Positions 1-12,691 of a DNA stretch of 64,000 nucleotides are shown in pieces (the stretch's first letter is position 1; each line of letters begins with the position of its first letter). The translations under genes and the position numbers were made by a program. The notes below the pieces were generated by a model that saw nothing but the letters and a program-made list of their open reading frames with translations, was not told the origin of the DNA and did not search any database. The stretch comes from Octopus sinensis (taxonomy: Eukaryota), in the NCBI RefSeq assembly GCF_006345805.1, contig NC_043005.1:41974001-42038000 (forward strand), read 5' to 3'.

Positions 1-166
1 TGTGTGTGTGTGTGTGTGTGTGTGTCTGTGTACGTGGGATTGTAACGAGACCACATATACACATACACATTCACCTACGCACGCACACAGATACACACAC
101 ATTTATTTATATACATCTATAATTATATATAATTATGTTATATGACTCTGGATTTATAAGCTATAA

Positions 167-197
<31 letters not shown>

Positions 198-859
198 ATT
201 GCAAATTAGTGTAAGAACTATAGAATAAAGTAAACAGCTATTTTGCATCGTGTATTTGCCACAATACTGATATTTTTATAGAATTAAGAGAAAACCTCTT
301 GTTAAACTAGCCTCACTTTATACTGAGCAAAATATTTTAACTGATTGAGAAAATTAATCTATATATACATTGGAGATGGAAAGGGACGTATATAAAATCT
401 AAAATGAATTTAGAAAGTGATATTAGGGATAATTTATGGAAAATAAATATTTGTTATAGCTCTGTAATTTAGCTGCATTCAGAGAGCATGCAATATGAAA
501 CATAGCTGCATTAGAGAAACAAGCTGAAAATGTAAACACATATGTATATATAGAGAGAGATATTGTTCTTTGCTTTCAAGTGAACACATTATTTTAAATA
601 AAATGAATAATCTATTTTTGTTTCATAAATTTGGTTTTAGGAATCATCTTTCATGGAAGTAAGATCATTAAAAATATCTTAGTCTTTCAAAATTAAAAAA
701 AAAAAAATAAACGTTACTTGCTTATCAACAGCGAATGCATTATGAGAGTTGCTTCAAATCGAATGGGTTAAGATTGGTGCAACTGGCGTTATCTCTAAAA
801 TGAATACATACCAAAGATAATGTGAAACATCTATGTCATTCATCTTATTCATGAGAAGA

Positions 860-1110
860 TTTCAAAGTGATAAAAGACATTTTCCAAATTTATGGAATAT
901 AAAAAGTAAGTTGTATATAATACAGTGTTTTGCGTATGCATTCTGAAACGGTAACAATCTTGAAGATATTAAAGATTATAAAATACATTATTATTTGAGT
1001 GGAAAGCTAATTACGAGAAGCTACATCAACAGGCTTTCCTTTAATCTCTGCCAGAAAGTAATTAAGTTCACAAATGTTGTATTTTATCGTAAACTCTCAA
1101 CTTGGAAACC
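860..1110 (+). mobile_element. Possible Penelope-like GIY-YIG relic
   Basis: Translation gives LWNIK...RSYINRLSFNLCQKVIK, which resembles the PLE endonuclease motif W..K...(P/S)Y.N....CxLC; highly decayed. Confidence 0.3.
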
Positions 1111-1621
1111 GAATCTAATTGTGTTTTTCGATTACATATACACATTTTCTGTATCTGAGACATCTTATGCTTTATATGAAAACATTTAGCACTTCAATTA
1201 TTGAAATATTGATTTCTTAAATGGGAGCAAAGCCTAAAATCTAGTTACAAAATAAAGGCTTTGTTATATTGCCGTCCTCCAAAATGTCGGTAGCAGTGGA
1301 GAGAAATTGTTTCAACCAGGAATGAAAACCATTGTTAATATTTTTTTTTAATATTGTTATTTTGGAGCTAATGGGAAGGATACTAAATGCTTCTTTAAAT
1401 TTAACATCTATTTTTATATCTAGTCATCTTAAAATCGCAATTTGTTGGCAATTGTACCGTTCGTTACGAGTTACCAATCATTGGCTCGTAATATTTCTGA
1501 CGATGAGAGTAGCAATCTAGTATCAAACTCGATACAAATACATTCGTTTGTACAGCACAGCGTTTTCCGATTTTGTCACCAATGTTTATATTCTAAGCAG
1601 GCATACAACAGTGAAAGTATA

Positions 1622-1795
1622 GGCGCAATGGCCCAGTGGTTAGGGCAGCAGACTAGCAGTCGTAAGAACGTAGTTTCGATTCCCAGACCGGGCATTGTGA
1701 GTGTTTATTGAGCAAAAACACCTAAGGAGGCGGGGGTGAACCCCGCTGTACTCTTTCGCCACAACATTCTCTCACTCTTTCTTCCTACTTCTTTC
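1622..1795 (+). mobile_element. tRNA-derived SINE, family A head (3'-truncated)
   Basis: GGCGCAATGGCCCAGTGGTTAGGGCAGC head with A-box and B-box-like GTTTCGATTCC; homologous to 44079 (+) and 22343 (-). Confidence 0.85.
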
Positions 1796-1805
1796 ACAAA
1801 GCAGA

Positions 1806-2092
1806 GGAACCATGGTGTAACCCAATATGGTGTGGTTAACTTTCAGTGTAGATTGCGAATCCTCTGTACGCCAGGACGGTTCAGCTCTCCACCCGTTAAA
1901 AGCCACCGTTTACGGAATGAGTATAACAACGTAGCTTTCGCGCACGTGCAACCGCCATTCTATCGCGTGTGGTGGGTGGATCTTCAAGTTGCCACACGCA
2001 TTCGTAGTAGATTAGAGTAGGCTCGAATTAGAGGTTAATCTTTGTGGCTAATGGCATGAGTTCTGATTGGAAGAAGAAGAAGAAGAAGAAGA
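1806..2092 (+). mobile_element. LINE (RTE-like) 3' end with (GAA)n tail
   Basis: GC-richer segment with a decayed C-terminal zinc-finger-like reading (CGGWIFKLPH), ending in about 7 GAA units at 2070-2091. Confidence 0.45.
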
Positions 2093-2164
2093 CAGTGAAA
2101 GACACGACTACACACACGTACACTCCCTCCCGAAGTCAGATTATTCAGAAGTGCTGATCAGTGT

Positions 2165-2640
2165 TGAATACTTTCTTGTAATCCAGGCTGACTGTGATGG
2201 AGTTCCTCTTTTCTGACAACACGATTTTGTTGATCAAGAGTTGTTCAGTACATCCTCAAACTTCATTCTTTGCAGCTGCTTCTACTGCTGTGTTGTTATT
2301 ATTTCAATCACAAAGAGCGTGGTGAAGTGGCAGAATCGTTAGCACGCTGGGCAAAATGTTTAGTGACATTTCGTCCGTCTCCAGTAGACTTTCGCTTTCA
2401 TCATTTCAACTAGTTGAGTGCTGGGGTTGATGTAATCGATTTATCCCCTCCCTCGAAATTACTTGCCAAAATTTGAGATCGATATTATTATGATCAAAAT
2501 GATCTTGGAAGAACACGTTCAGACATATTGTATACATGTTATGCATAGCATTTTGGCATACAATTGCCTGGTAGTCTTCCGCTGAGTGAGAGGCATTGTT
2601 GTCTTTTATGGTATCAGTTTTGCTTCTACGAGCACTCACC
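2165..2640 (-). mobile_element. R4/Dong-like non-LTR RT fragment split by a SINE
   Basis: Minus frames read EDYQAIVCQNAMHNMYTICLNVFFQDH, then AAKNEV*GCTEQLLINKIVL...SLDYKKVFN; these match YRPITCLNT.YK, GC.EQLLINK and W.DYKKAFD of R4/Dong RT. Confidence 0.75.
2317..2482 (+). mobile_element. SINE family B (Meta-domain-like), decayed, inserted in the Dong fragment
   Basis: GTGGCAGAATCGTTAGCACGCTGGGCAAAATG head and GGGGTTGATGTAATCGA body shared with 30487 and 53653. Confidence 0.8.
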
Positions 2641-3334
2641 TGCTTGTTATATTTATGTCTCCACTGATATGTTACTGATATTAGTCAGTAAGATACAAAC
2701 GAGCAATTATTTCCTATCACTACCCTAGAATCAAGCATAAAGTATCATTTTCAGGTATTTTACTTCTATTAAGTTTAAAGAATACAGTCTCAAAGGTCTC
2801 TTTTTGTCGTTAGAACTTTGGTTAAATGGCTTGTTTTTTTTTTTGTTAGTTAAATAAATTTCTGTGACCTGGCAACAGGAGCATCTAAAGTAGGTTAATA
2901 TGTTGAAATACCTCATATCACTGGATTTAAGTATGACAGTCATATATGCAAATAGAAGTGTCATCACTCATGCGCTCTCGGGAATAGAAAGAAATCAGTG
3001 GATATCTTTTTAGATGCGGATAAAATACCTGTATGTAGGTGTTCTTTATCCAGCTTGACTTGGAGATAAACAACAACGATACTCACAAAAAACAAGTGGT
3101 GTTGCAGGCAGTAGCAACCAGAAGTGCATTCTTCCACCATTTCGCACAATCGCCTGTTTTAAGGTTCAGCATTTACATTAATCGAAAATAAGAATTTGTT
3201 TAAAAACTACATGTCATAAATCCGAATGATAGACTCAAACAACATTTAAGAAGGGCAGACCATACTGGTGCGTATGCAAACGATCGATTCGTGAAGTGTG
3301 TAACAATGTTTGAGATGAGGCATAAATTTCCATA

Positions 3335-3750
3335 GGCGCAGGAGTGGCTGTGTGGTAAGTAGCTTGCTAACCAACCACATGGTTCCGGGTTCAGTCCCAC
3401 TGCGTGGCATCTTGGGCAAGTGTCTTCTGCTATAGCCCCGGGCCGACCAATGACTTGTGAGTGGATTTGGTAGACGGAAACTGAATGAAGCCTGTCGTAT
3501 ATATGTATATATATATATGTGTGTGTTTGTGTGTCTGTGTTTGTCCCCCTAGCATTGCTTGACAACCGATGCTGGTGTGTTTACGTCCCCGTGACTTAGC
3601 AGTTCGGCAAAAAAGAGACCGATAGAATAAGTACTGGGCTTACAAAGAATAAGTCCCGGGGTCGAGTTGCTCGATTAAAGGCGGTGCTCCAGCATGGCCG
3701 CAGTCAAATGACTGAAACAAGTAAAAGAGAAAAGAGAAAAAAGAGAGAGA
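3335..3750 (+). mobile_element. SINE family C, full length, with internal (TA)/(TG) tract
   Basis: GGCGCAGGAGTGGCTGTGTGGTAAG head through GCAGTCAAATGACTGAAACAAGTAAAAGAG tail; homologous to 48617-49014, 54540-55045 and 63377-63814. Confidence 0.9.
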
Positions 3751-3859
3751 TAGCACACCAGGAAAATAAGTGACTGCCATGGCACTGTGTTTCACAGTGA
3801 AGGACTTGTGAAAAAAGCTTTCCACAGTATTATATGAACAAGACTTATCTATATCATCT

Positions 3860-4080
3860 TCCGTTCGCAATTGCAAATATATAATATAATGTAACATTTC
3901 TCTGAGAGACAAAGATCACACGTTCTGAAGCCATTAACAGGAAAGGGCTCCTGTCCTATAATAGACCGATTACAATTGAATGGTTGACATTACTAATTCT
4001 TAGTAATGTCAATCATTCAACTCCAAACAGATTTTGTTAGTACATTGGAAAAGGAGCTTTCCGTAAAAAAATTGTATCGC
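3860..4080 (-). mobile_element. Penelope-like element GIY-YIG relic (copy 1)
   Basis: Minus translation NVLTKSVWS...SIIGQEPFPVNGFRTCDLCLSEKCYII matches the PLE motif WxI...PY..G...CxLCLxEK; alignable to 6456-6590. Confidence 0.65.
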
Positions 4081-4491
4081 CACAATCAGGCATTGATACA
4101 CTGATGAACGTGGTTAAAATATATGGTGAGTCCATAAACTACAAGGTAACGTGCAAGTGCACTTGTCTTTGTATATAAGGGTAAAGTAGATGCTAGTTAT
4201 AACCAAAAAATACGTGAATTTTCCGACTGGATCTACTTGGAAGACAAGAGCATAAACAGCCCATGCTGGAGAGCTTGAAACAGATGCTAAAAATGCTGTA
4301 GTACAAACAACCTCATAGCCTTCTTCTCTTCGAAAATTAAGCTGAAGAAAAGGTACTTACTACAAAAACCTACAACAGCCACAACAATAACAATAACAGC
4401 AGCAACATCAACAACAACACTATAAGCAAGACGGATATTACAGCCGGTGCAATAGCAATATAAGGGACATCGATACGAGGAGAAAAGATGG

Positions 4492-4547
4492 GAACAGTGA
4501 CACCAAAAAGAAGAGACAGTGGCACCAAAAGAAGAGACAGTGGCACC
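4492..4547 (+). repeat. 21-bp tandem repeat (about 2.5 copies)
   Basis: ACAGTGACACCAAAAAGAAGAG / ACAGTGGCACCAAAAGAAGAG / ACAGTGGCACCAA. Confidence 0.85.
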
Positions 4548-5092
4548 AACACAATGGACATCGATACCAGCAAGAGGAGCAGTAAAACTAGGACTGACTT
4601 TGAAAACAATTTTCCTACTTTTTATTTTCCCCCTTTTTCCCGCATACCAACACAAGCAACACACGTAAGATGATATCACTAAATTCCATCATCCAGTTTT
4701 CAAGACAAAAAGTTATCTGTGTGCCGAGGATTGCAGGAATGGAAGTTGATAGGTATTATTATGCTGATGTTAAAAATACCGTAAGAGAACTGTACAAAAG
4801 ACAACTACATTCCTTGATCGATAATATGCGAATCCGTTTTCTGTATTGATTAAAACATTCGGTGTAAGGGCATATTGGTGCAGTAGAGAAGTTTTAGATA
4901 ATCACATGCGTTACCTAATTTTGACTGCCGTTCTATATTTACCTTAAACAAGTTTCAAAAAGATGCCTCAAATGGTTCTGTAAGTGATGCAAATGAACTT
5001 TTTCTGAGTGTAAATCGGAGAGACACTTATCAGTCTGATGAAGAAGTGTGCCTCATGCCTTTGTATTCACACACACCCACACACACACACGC

Positions 5093-5136
<44 letters not shown>

Positions 5137-5313
5137 ACATACATACGCACACATATTTGTAGAGCTGCAGAGAGGGTTATACGATTTACAATCATGCCGT
5201 TTCCCGTTCGATTCCACCATGCACTATTTTGACATGCATTGTCTCCCTGAGCCTCGGATTACTCAATAAATTATGAGTAAAAGGCGTATTCTGGATATAA
5301 TGCGGAAATGTGT

Positions 5314-5353
<40 letters not shown>

Positions 5354-5383
5354 AAAAATTATATATATATATATGGGAAAAAT

Positions 5384-5420
<37 letters not shown>

Positions 5421-5424
<4 letters not shown>

Positions 5425-5835
5425 AAAATAGAAGTCGAAAATGCACTTAGAATAGGTAAAATATTTTTTATTAATATTTTTAAAGCTTTAACCGGTTTTA
5501 CAATTTACACTGATTTTCAAAAAGTTCATGTAAAATTCAAATAGAAAATGTCTTATGTCACAGTTGTCTTGCTTCTAACAAGTGTTTGAAGCTTGGCCTA
5601 TTTTAATAGGGAATCCATGGCTCAAATTAGTATACGTTTTCAATAGGATTTGTTTGGTAGAGGATAGCCATGCTTTAAACAGTTGTCAGAAGCAAGGCAG
5701 CTGCAACATAATCCATCCCTTTCTATTTGAAGTTTTTGAAAATCAGTGTAAACTGTGAAACCGGATAAAGCTTTAAATATATTAATAAAAAATATTTTAA
5801 CTATTCTCAGTGAGCTTTCAACTTCTATTTTCCTA
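5421..5835. mobile_element. Fold-back non-autonomous element, about 180-bp arms
   Basis: TAGGAAAATAGAAGT...CACTGATTTTCAAAAA is the reverse complement of TTTTTGAAAATCAGTG...ACTTCTATTTTCCTA; spacer about 55 bp; left end abuts a (TA)n run. Confidence 0.85.
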
Positions 5836-5891
5836 TATTTCTATCCGTGTGGAATAAAATAACTTTGTTTTCTCCCCGCCTCTCTCTCTCT

Positions 5892-5955
<64 letters not shown>

Positions 5956-6329
5956 TATTAATATTGCTAAAGCTGAGTCTCATGAATGTAATTCTACATT
6001 TTATGTTGCCGATACTTTAAATGGTTAAAAGAGTAGAAGCGGTGTGACAATATACAAGCATATGGCACTACATGAAAATGCGTTTGGCTATATAGATTCA
6101 GTTAGTCGCGGGAAAAGTTTGAGAAGTGCGTCACGCATTCTTCTAATCCATTGCAAAAATTAATAGTTTTCACGCCTTTAGTATTATATACATAAATGAC
6201 ATTTAAGCAAGGAACACAGCTAATTTTAATGAAGTTTTACAGATAATGAAATTTAAGCATTAAAGTCTTAATTTTTCCTTATGATATTTTTCGTCATTAT
6301 TAAATGATTGTCCTTAAGGCCGTGAGGTA

Positions 6330-7000
6330 GCAGAATCTTTAGACTGTTTAAAGTAGTATCATGCGGTATTTCGAGATTGTTAAAATGAAGTACTAAAAAT
6401 TTCCTCAATTTTGATCCGTTAACAACTGCAAATCTATAATATAATAAAACATTATTATGAGAGACAAAGATTACACCTTCAGTGGCTATTAACGTGAAAT
6501 AGCTTGCATCCTATAATGGACCAAACAATTTTGTCCATCCAACTCTTGAAAGATTTTGAAAGTACATTGCAAGAGGGATTTTCCGTAAATCAGAATGAAT
6601 ACGTTTGTTGTAAATTTTTTTTAAAAGGAATTTCAGTAAGCTATGATCTTTTGCTTTATTATGTGGAAATGAAGTTTTATCTTATGATCTAATCCTTAAG
6701 AAGATAAATATTGAGATTATGATAATTAAATACAGTGTTTGCCTGTTTTTAATGAAAATTTGTTTTTCTCTTTTTATACTTGGTATCCTGAAATACGCTT
6801 TTGTTACAGTCGTAGTCCACCATAAAATTGTCTTATTAAAATATCTTATATTTATGGATTGTGGGAAGGCTTGTTCAAGAAAATGTACGAAGTATTCAAA
6901 CAAACATAATATATTTGTGTTTCTGATATTCTCACTATTTCCCTACATCATCGGTATCCACACCACAATGCGTATAAATAGTAAAATTCCTTGCTTATGG
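6330..7000 (-). mobile_element. Penelope-like RT-thumb plus GIY-YIG relic (copy 2)
   Basis: Minus frames read RNTNILCLNTSY (compare RNIIWFNPPY), FLEQAFPQ...FNK, NVLSKSFKSWMDKIVWSIIG, RCNLCLS and ISKYR; many stops and frameshifts. Confidence 0.65.
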
Positions 7001-7240
7001 TGCTCTATACCTCCATATGTTTTTATGAGTGTCTAATTAGTAAAAACTTGCGCGTCTAGTTCAGGTAAGTATATACTATATATTCATTTCAGTATGTGAG
7101 TCGGTTTTGTTTTCAAGCATATCTACGTCTTAACTGTATTTATGCTGCATTAATGCCCTACATCCAGAACTTTCAGTTCTATTGAGCTCTCTTCGGATAG
7201 CTTCGAAACCTTTTTCGTTATAATTGAAAGCTAGGTATTC

Positions 7241-7578
7241 CGCATGGCTCAGTGGTTAGAGCGTCGAGCTTACGATCGTGAGGTTGTGAGCTCGAATCCC
7301 GGACCGGGCTGCGTGTTGTGTTCTCGAGCAAGGCACTTTATTTCACGTTGCTCCAGTTCACTCAGCTGTAGAAATGAGTTGCGACGTCACTGGTGCCAAG
7401 CTGTATCGGCCTTTGTCTTTCCCTTTGATAACACTGGTGGCGTGGAGAGGGGAGGCCGGTATGCATGGGCGACTGCTGGCCTTCCATAAACAACCTTGCC
7501 CGGACTTGTGTCTAGGAGGGTAACTTTCTAGGTGCAATCCCATGGTCATTCATGACCGATGGGGGTCTTTACCCTTTA
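7241..7578 (+). mobile_element. SINE family D, full length
   Basis: tRNA-like head (TGGCTCAGTGG, GCTCGAATCC), CACTCAGCTGTAGAAATGAG core, and a tail shared with 44381-44575. Confidence 0.85.
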
Positions 7579-7969
7579 TTCCTAAAATATGTGTATATTT
7601 CCACATCAGTTATTTTTCCTTCTCCCTCGAGGCCAATAAATTAAGTAGTAGTCCAAGTTTATTAACTAATAAAACCATTGAAAATGGGGTTAGCAATACA
7701 ATCACTAACATCTGTAAAATAATAAAATATCTTGGTGTAGCGGGAATAATTTATTTCGTATTTCATTTTAGAATGCGTGTGCTCCAAAAACGATCATGAT
7801 CACGTAATTCTAATTATTCATGTAGAGAGAGTTTTCCTTTGTTTGGAATTTAATATTAATATTGATAAAACAGCTCGAAAAGCTCTGATAGCAGTAATGA
7901 GATGAAAAACACGTTTCTATATCGATAAGGCATTTGTTTCTCGTTGTCAATATTTTCAATAAAATGTAA

Positions 7970-8182
7970 GGCGGAGAGCCGGCAGGATCGTTAACACGCC
8001 AGAGAAAATGCTTAGCGACATTTCGTCTGTCTTTATGTCCTCAATTTAAATCCCGGCGAGGTCGATTTTGCATTTTATCCTTTCGGGGCGTATAAAGTAA
8101 GTTCTAGCTGAGCACTGAGATCGATGTAATCGACTGTAACCTTCACTGAAATTGCTGGCCTTGTATCAAATATTGAAATCTC
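7970..8182 (+). mobile_element. SINE family B with 15-bp target-site duplication
   Basis: Family B head and core; TATTTTCAATAAAAT at both 7951-7965 and 8183-8197. Confidence 0.88.
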
Positions 8183-11100
8183 TATTTTCAATAAAATTGT
8201 TGTTTATTTTGTAATGCAAAGGAAAAATGAGGCGCATAGTGTAGATTGCTACCACTAGAAGCATAATGCCCGCATGAAAGAATATAACAGAAACACCAAG
8301 ACAATGGTGTTTCAGAAACACAAAGACATTCTAAAGTTGAACAAATTTGTACGTCTATTTTGAATTTTGTTACATGCTATCAACAAATCTTCGTATTGAA
8401 AGGGAATGTACCAAGAATTCAATGTCCACTCGTGATATTCCTTCCCGTTTTATACTTCTTATTTATTCAGTTGTTTCTGACATTGATTTCCAATTTATTA
8501 TTGCCACTTAAGTTACAACTAAGTCGATTCAAGCAATATTATTATAGCTATGTATAGACATGTAAGAAATACTTAGAAAAAAATGACAAGCGTTAGGTGT
8601 TGATCAAAACTTATCTGCGTGTGATGAATAATTATTATCAAACAAACAATTGATATTTAACTTTTTCTCTACCTGTTTTGAAACCTTATAAATGTATATC
8701 ACATTATCGACGTATCATAGCTACAAATGTGCTATATTACGTCATCACAGGCTGAAAAAATTTCACGGAGATGTTTATCAATTAATTTCAAATATGTTAC
8801 GATTGAAAAGATAACCATTTATTATTAATCATCTGCATATGCATTTTAAAAAATGTGTATAGCAGCAAAATGAAATATATAGAGAACTACGAGTGGCAAG
8901 TACACTTGTATTAACTAATATGCTATTAGTACTATTCTTATACGCTCTTATTTCATGTTTCTAGCAACCATAGCTGATACTAATCAATTCGTCTATGAAA
9001 TGTAAAATATATGAAATATATTTATTACTACTTTTTGAAATAATTGGTAGAAATTCTTCCTTTTGATGGTACTTTAACACGAAAGAAGAGATTTTGAACA
9101 TTGAAATCAAACAGCTTTTCGTGGTGCACAACTTAAAATCAAAAGATATATTTAAATTACAATGCTCAGATAATAGGAAACTGGGCGTGAGTCGAGGATT
9201 CAACTACGTGTTGTGATTTTATCAGTTTATAATCGGTCAATGACAAAAATTATTTACATAATTAATTTGTTCGTGTCGTATTGTAGTGTCGTTTTTAATA
9301 TCTCATTTTATATATTTCACATACGATTCTGTTTTTACAAATAGTACTTCAAGCATCTATATGATTGATTATTAGTATACTTAATGCTTATTATATGTTA
9401 GTCATTGTTTGTTAACAGGAAAGAATACATAGAAACAACATATTTTATCCTTATGTTACCAATCGTTAAGGATTATTATTTTATATATTGAATTGCCTAA
9501 TCATAACCTAAGCTTCCTTGAGATTATTTTCCTTTTGAATCCCAGTAGGTTAAACAAACCAGTCCATAACTCAAAGGCCGATGAAAAAGGTACCGTTCAA
9601 GTGCACAGCTTGATTTCATCACCTTTTCCATCCGCACAAATGCATGGTCTGTGTTTCAAATTATTGTTTGGGTGGAAAGATAACAGAATTGTTACATCAC
9701 TGGAAAAATTGCAATCTCGTATATGTCCAAAGAGCTGAAATTCCAAAGAGGTTAGTAATTTTTCATTCTTCTGGGATCCATAAAATAATTAGGTTTTCAT
9801 AAATGACCGTCTTCTTCTCTAAAGAAGTCTCTTTTCTGCATCTATCAGAAATCAATATTATTGTTGAAACTTGCTTGAAGCTTTGCGCAATATAAATTAC
9901 AAACAGTGATTTAGAAAGCACCAGCTATGCAGAAAGGATTAGATCAAATATCGATAAGAAAGATTTCGTCATCGACGAAGAAAGCGAAAGAAACATTTTA
10001 ATTTGACAAAGATCTATGTTTGTGTGATGAGAGTAATTACCATGTATTTTGTGTATATATGCAAGTGTGTGTTCCTGTATGTAAAATAACACGTCTTCTC
10101 CGGGACTTCGATGGATGAAAAGCAGTTGGGTACCCACCGGACCAACGTATGAATATTACTATTAGCCGTGTAGACCGAACTGTTCGGAACTTTTAGCAAA
10201 ACAGATGTAATAATTCAAATCAACTACCAACATAAAAGATGGCGTTTTAATACGGACGATCTTTGAAAGCACACTATTAATTTTTAAAATACAAATATTT
10301 TTAATAACATACTTCTAAAAATACTATTCCTGAAAACTTGTTCCTCAGAAGCCTGCGTAAATATAAGGCAAAGAATAACATACTCAAGGCAAAGGAAAGC
10401 TACAATAATTATAAGAAGGTATTACATGAACTTTATTTGAAGAGATATTGTTAAACACCAACATCTATTTATGTGACTCAGCGAGAAAAATATGCAATAA
10501 TGAAATAAAAACTAAATGCATTGTAGGTAGTAATGGTCGAATGGTCAGTAAGCCCTCTTTACAGCCATGTCGTTCTCAGTTTGATCCCGCCACACGGTGC
10601 TTTGAGCATATGAGATATTACCAAAGCCTTAGAATATGATTGAGGGAAATGCAACAGAAGTCTACTGTATTAGTAAACAATATCCCTAACTGCTTTTACT
10701 GTCCAGTAGTAAGTAAATATACCAGGCTGTTCTTTGAACAGCAATAATCCGACCTCTTAAAAATGCCAGCCACCTTCTAATTAATGTACTGATTTAATGA
10801 TAATTGGCATCCTGTTTCTTCTCGATCTCTTTTTCTTTATCTTAATAATACGCATGATAGCAAATTTATATATGTAATTGAGATAGCTTACTATTTTATT
10901 TACACTTTTCCTCTCTTATCGTTGTAGGTTAACATGATTCTGTTAATCTTCTTTTTAGGGTATTATTGAGAGACACCATTTAATAGACACGTTTATTAAT
11001 ACTTAATCCATAGATATAAACTTCATTTATATCATTTATGTCATGCGGTTTCATTTAGTTATATTTTCCACTTCGTTTTATTTGTATAACAGTTATAGTT

Positions 11101-11809
11101 TTCTCGCTTGATACACTAATTTCATTATTACTTAAATATTTCATATACTTCTTTTTATTATTCCTTCTTATAATACGCGAAGATACTTTCTAACTAAATC
11201 GTTAGAAAAACAAAAAAACTACTTGCTATATTAGATACAATAGTCTAAAGAGTAACATCTATTAATGCCGGTGTTAAGTAAATGAATGGCAGCCACGATC
11301 TCATTATTTCATTTTAGTATATAACATAACATTCTTTATTTAACTACACGCCAATTTGTTGCCTTATATAAATGGCCGCACCTTTTCATACACCTGTTCA
11401 TACGCATTGATACACAAATATATACATATATACAGAGAGAGACAGACAGAGAGACAGACAGACAGACAGAGACAGAGAGAGAACGCACACATGGAAAGTG
11501 AGAAAGAGGTGGTGTAAGAGGGAAACAGACCGTCAAACAAATAGAGGCAGACAGACAGAGTAGAATATCTTGCAATTGTCCTAGTGATTAAATATTTCCG
11601 TTGTTAGATAAGTATGGAAGGATTATGTACTTGCCTCTTATGTGTGCGAGTGTGCACTCACTTATGTATTTGTCTGTGTGTGTTTTGACTGCTATTTCAG
11701 CATGGTGCTATCTCTCAGATACCCTAATTCACAGTTTTAAATAATGATTACCTTTGTATGGTATTTATTCCCATGCTGGCCACTTGATGAGATCGATATT
11801 ATCCTTATT

Positions 11810-11873
<64 letters not shown>

Positions 11874-12636
11874 ATGCATATATACATACATATATGTATG
11901 TAACTACCTCTAGATGTATATATACATGCATATTTGGGTACAGGACACCAAAAAACGTCGAACACAATGAGAAACGAAAACATAAACACAAAACCAAAGA
12001 AATGGACATTTTTCTTAAACAACGAAAAAATAGAGTACAGGACAAATAACACAAGGAAAATTCCCCTTCTTCAGTCGCCATGGTTTCATCTACTCTGCGT
12101 TTTGAAGGTGAAGGCGATACGCATCTTCGATAGAAACTTTCCTTCCCGCGAAAAGCAAATTAAATAAAATTTGAGATCTTTTTGCGGAGGGGTAAAAATG
12201 GTAACAAAAACAGGACAGTAACGACAGTACAAAATATAAACAGTAAAAGACAATACAAGGAGAATAAGAAGACAAGAAGAGCTGTTAAGCCGAACGAGAT
12301 AAAGTGTTACGAACGCTATTTTTAAGAACAGCGAAGGAGCAACAGAAAATGCCGTCTACACTTCAAGGACGCCAAGCCAGAAAGGCAGTAGCAGAGCTCT
12401 CGTCGCAGGTCAACGACGGGAGGGAGGAGGAGGAGCAAGAGAAAGGGAGAGAAAAAAGGGAATTGGTTGTGAGGAAACCAGAAAGAATGAGACAGAGCGA
12501 GAGGGAGAGACAGTAAGGTAGAAGAAAAGGAAACCAGAAAGAATGAAGGCTGAGAAAGGGAGGGGACAGAAAGGTCAAGAGTGCACATCATTATTAATAT
12601 CAAGAACAATCTTACTTAGAAATGGATGCGTGCGTT

Positions 12637-12691
<55 letters not shown>

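Noticed and set aside
4041-4125. Exon-like frame YIGKGAFRKKIVSPQSGIDTLMNVVKIY with TAG acceptor and GTGAGT donor
   Set aside because: It overlaps the antisense Penelope relic that is duplicated at 6.5 kb. IGKGAF lacks the kinase GxGxxG third glycine. Likely chance.
4492-4547. Short direct repeats as a CRISPR-like array
   Set aside because: The repeats are contiguous with no unique spacers, there are no cas genes, and the context is eukaryotic.
7241-7310. tRNA-like sequences at SINE heads
   Set aside because: They lack a complete cloverleaf and continue into SINE bodies, so they are not tRNA genes.
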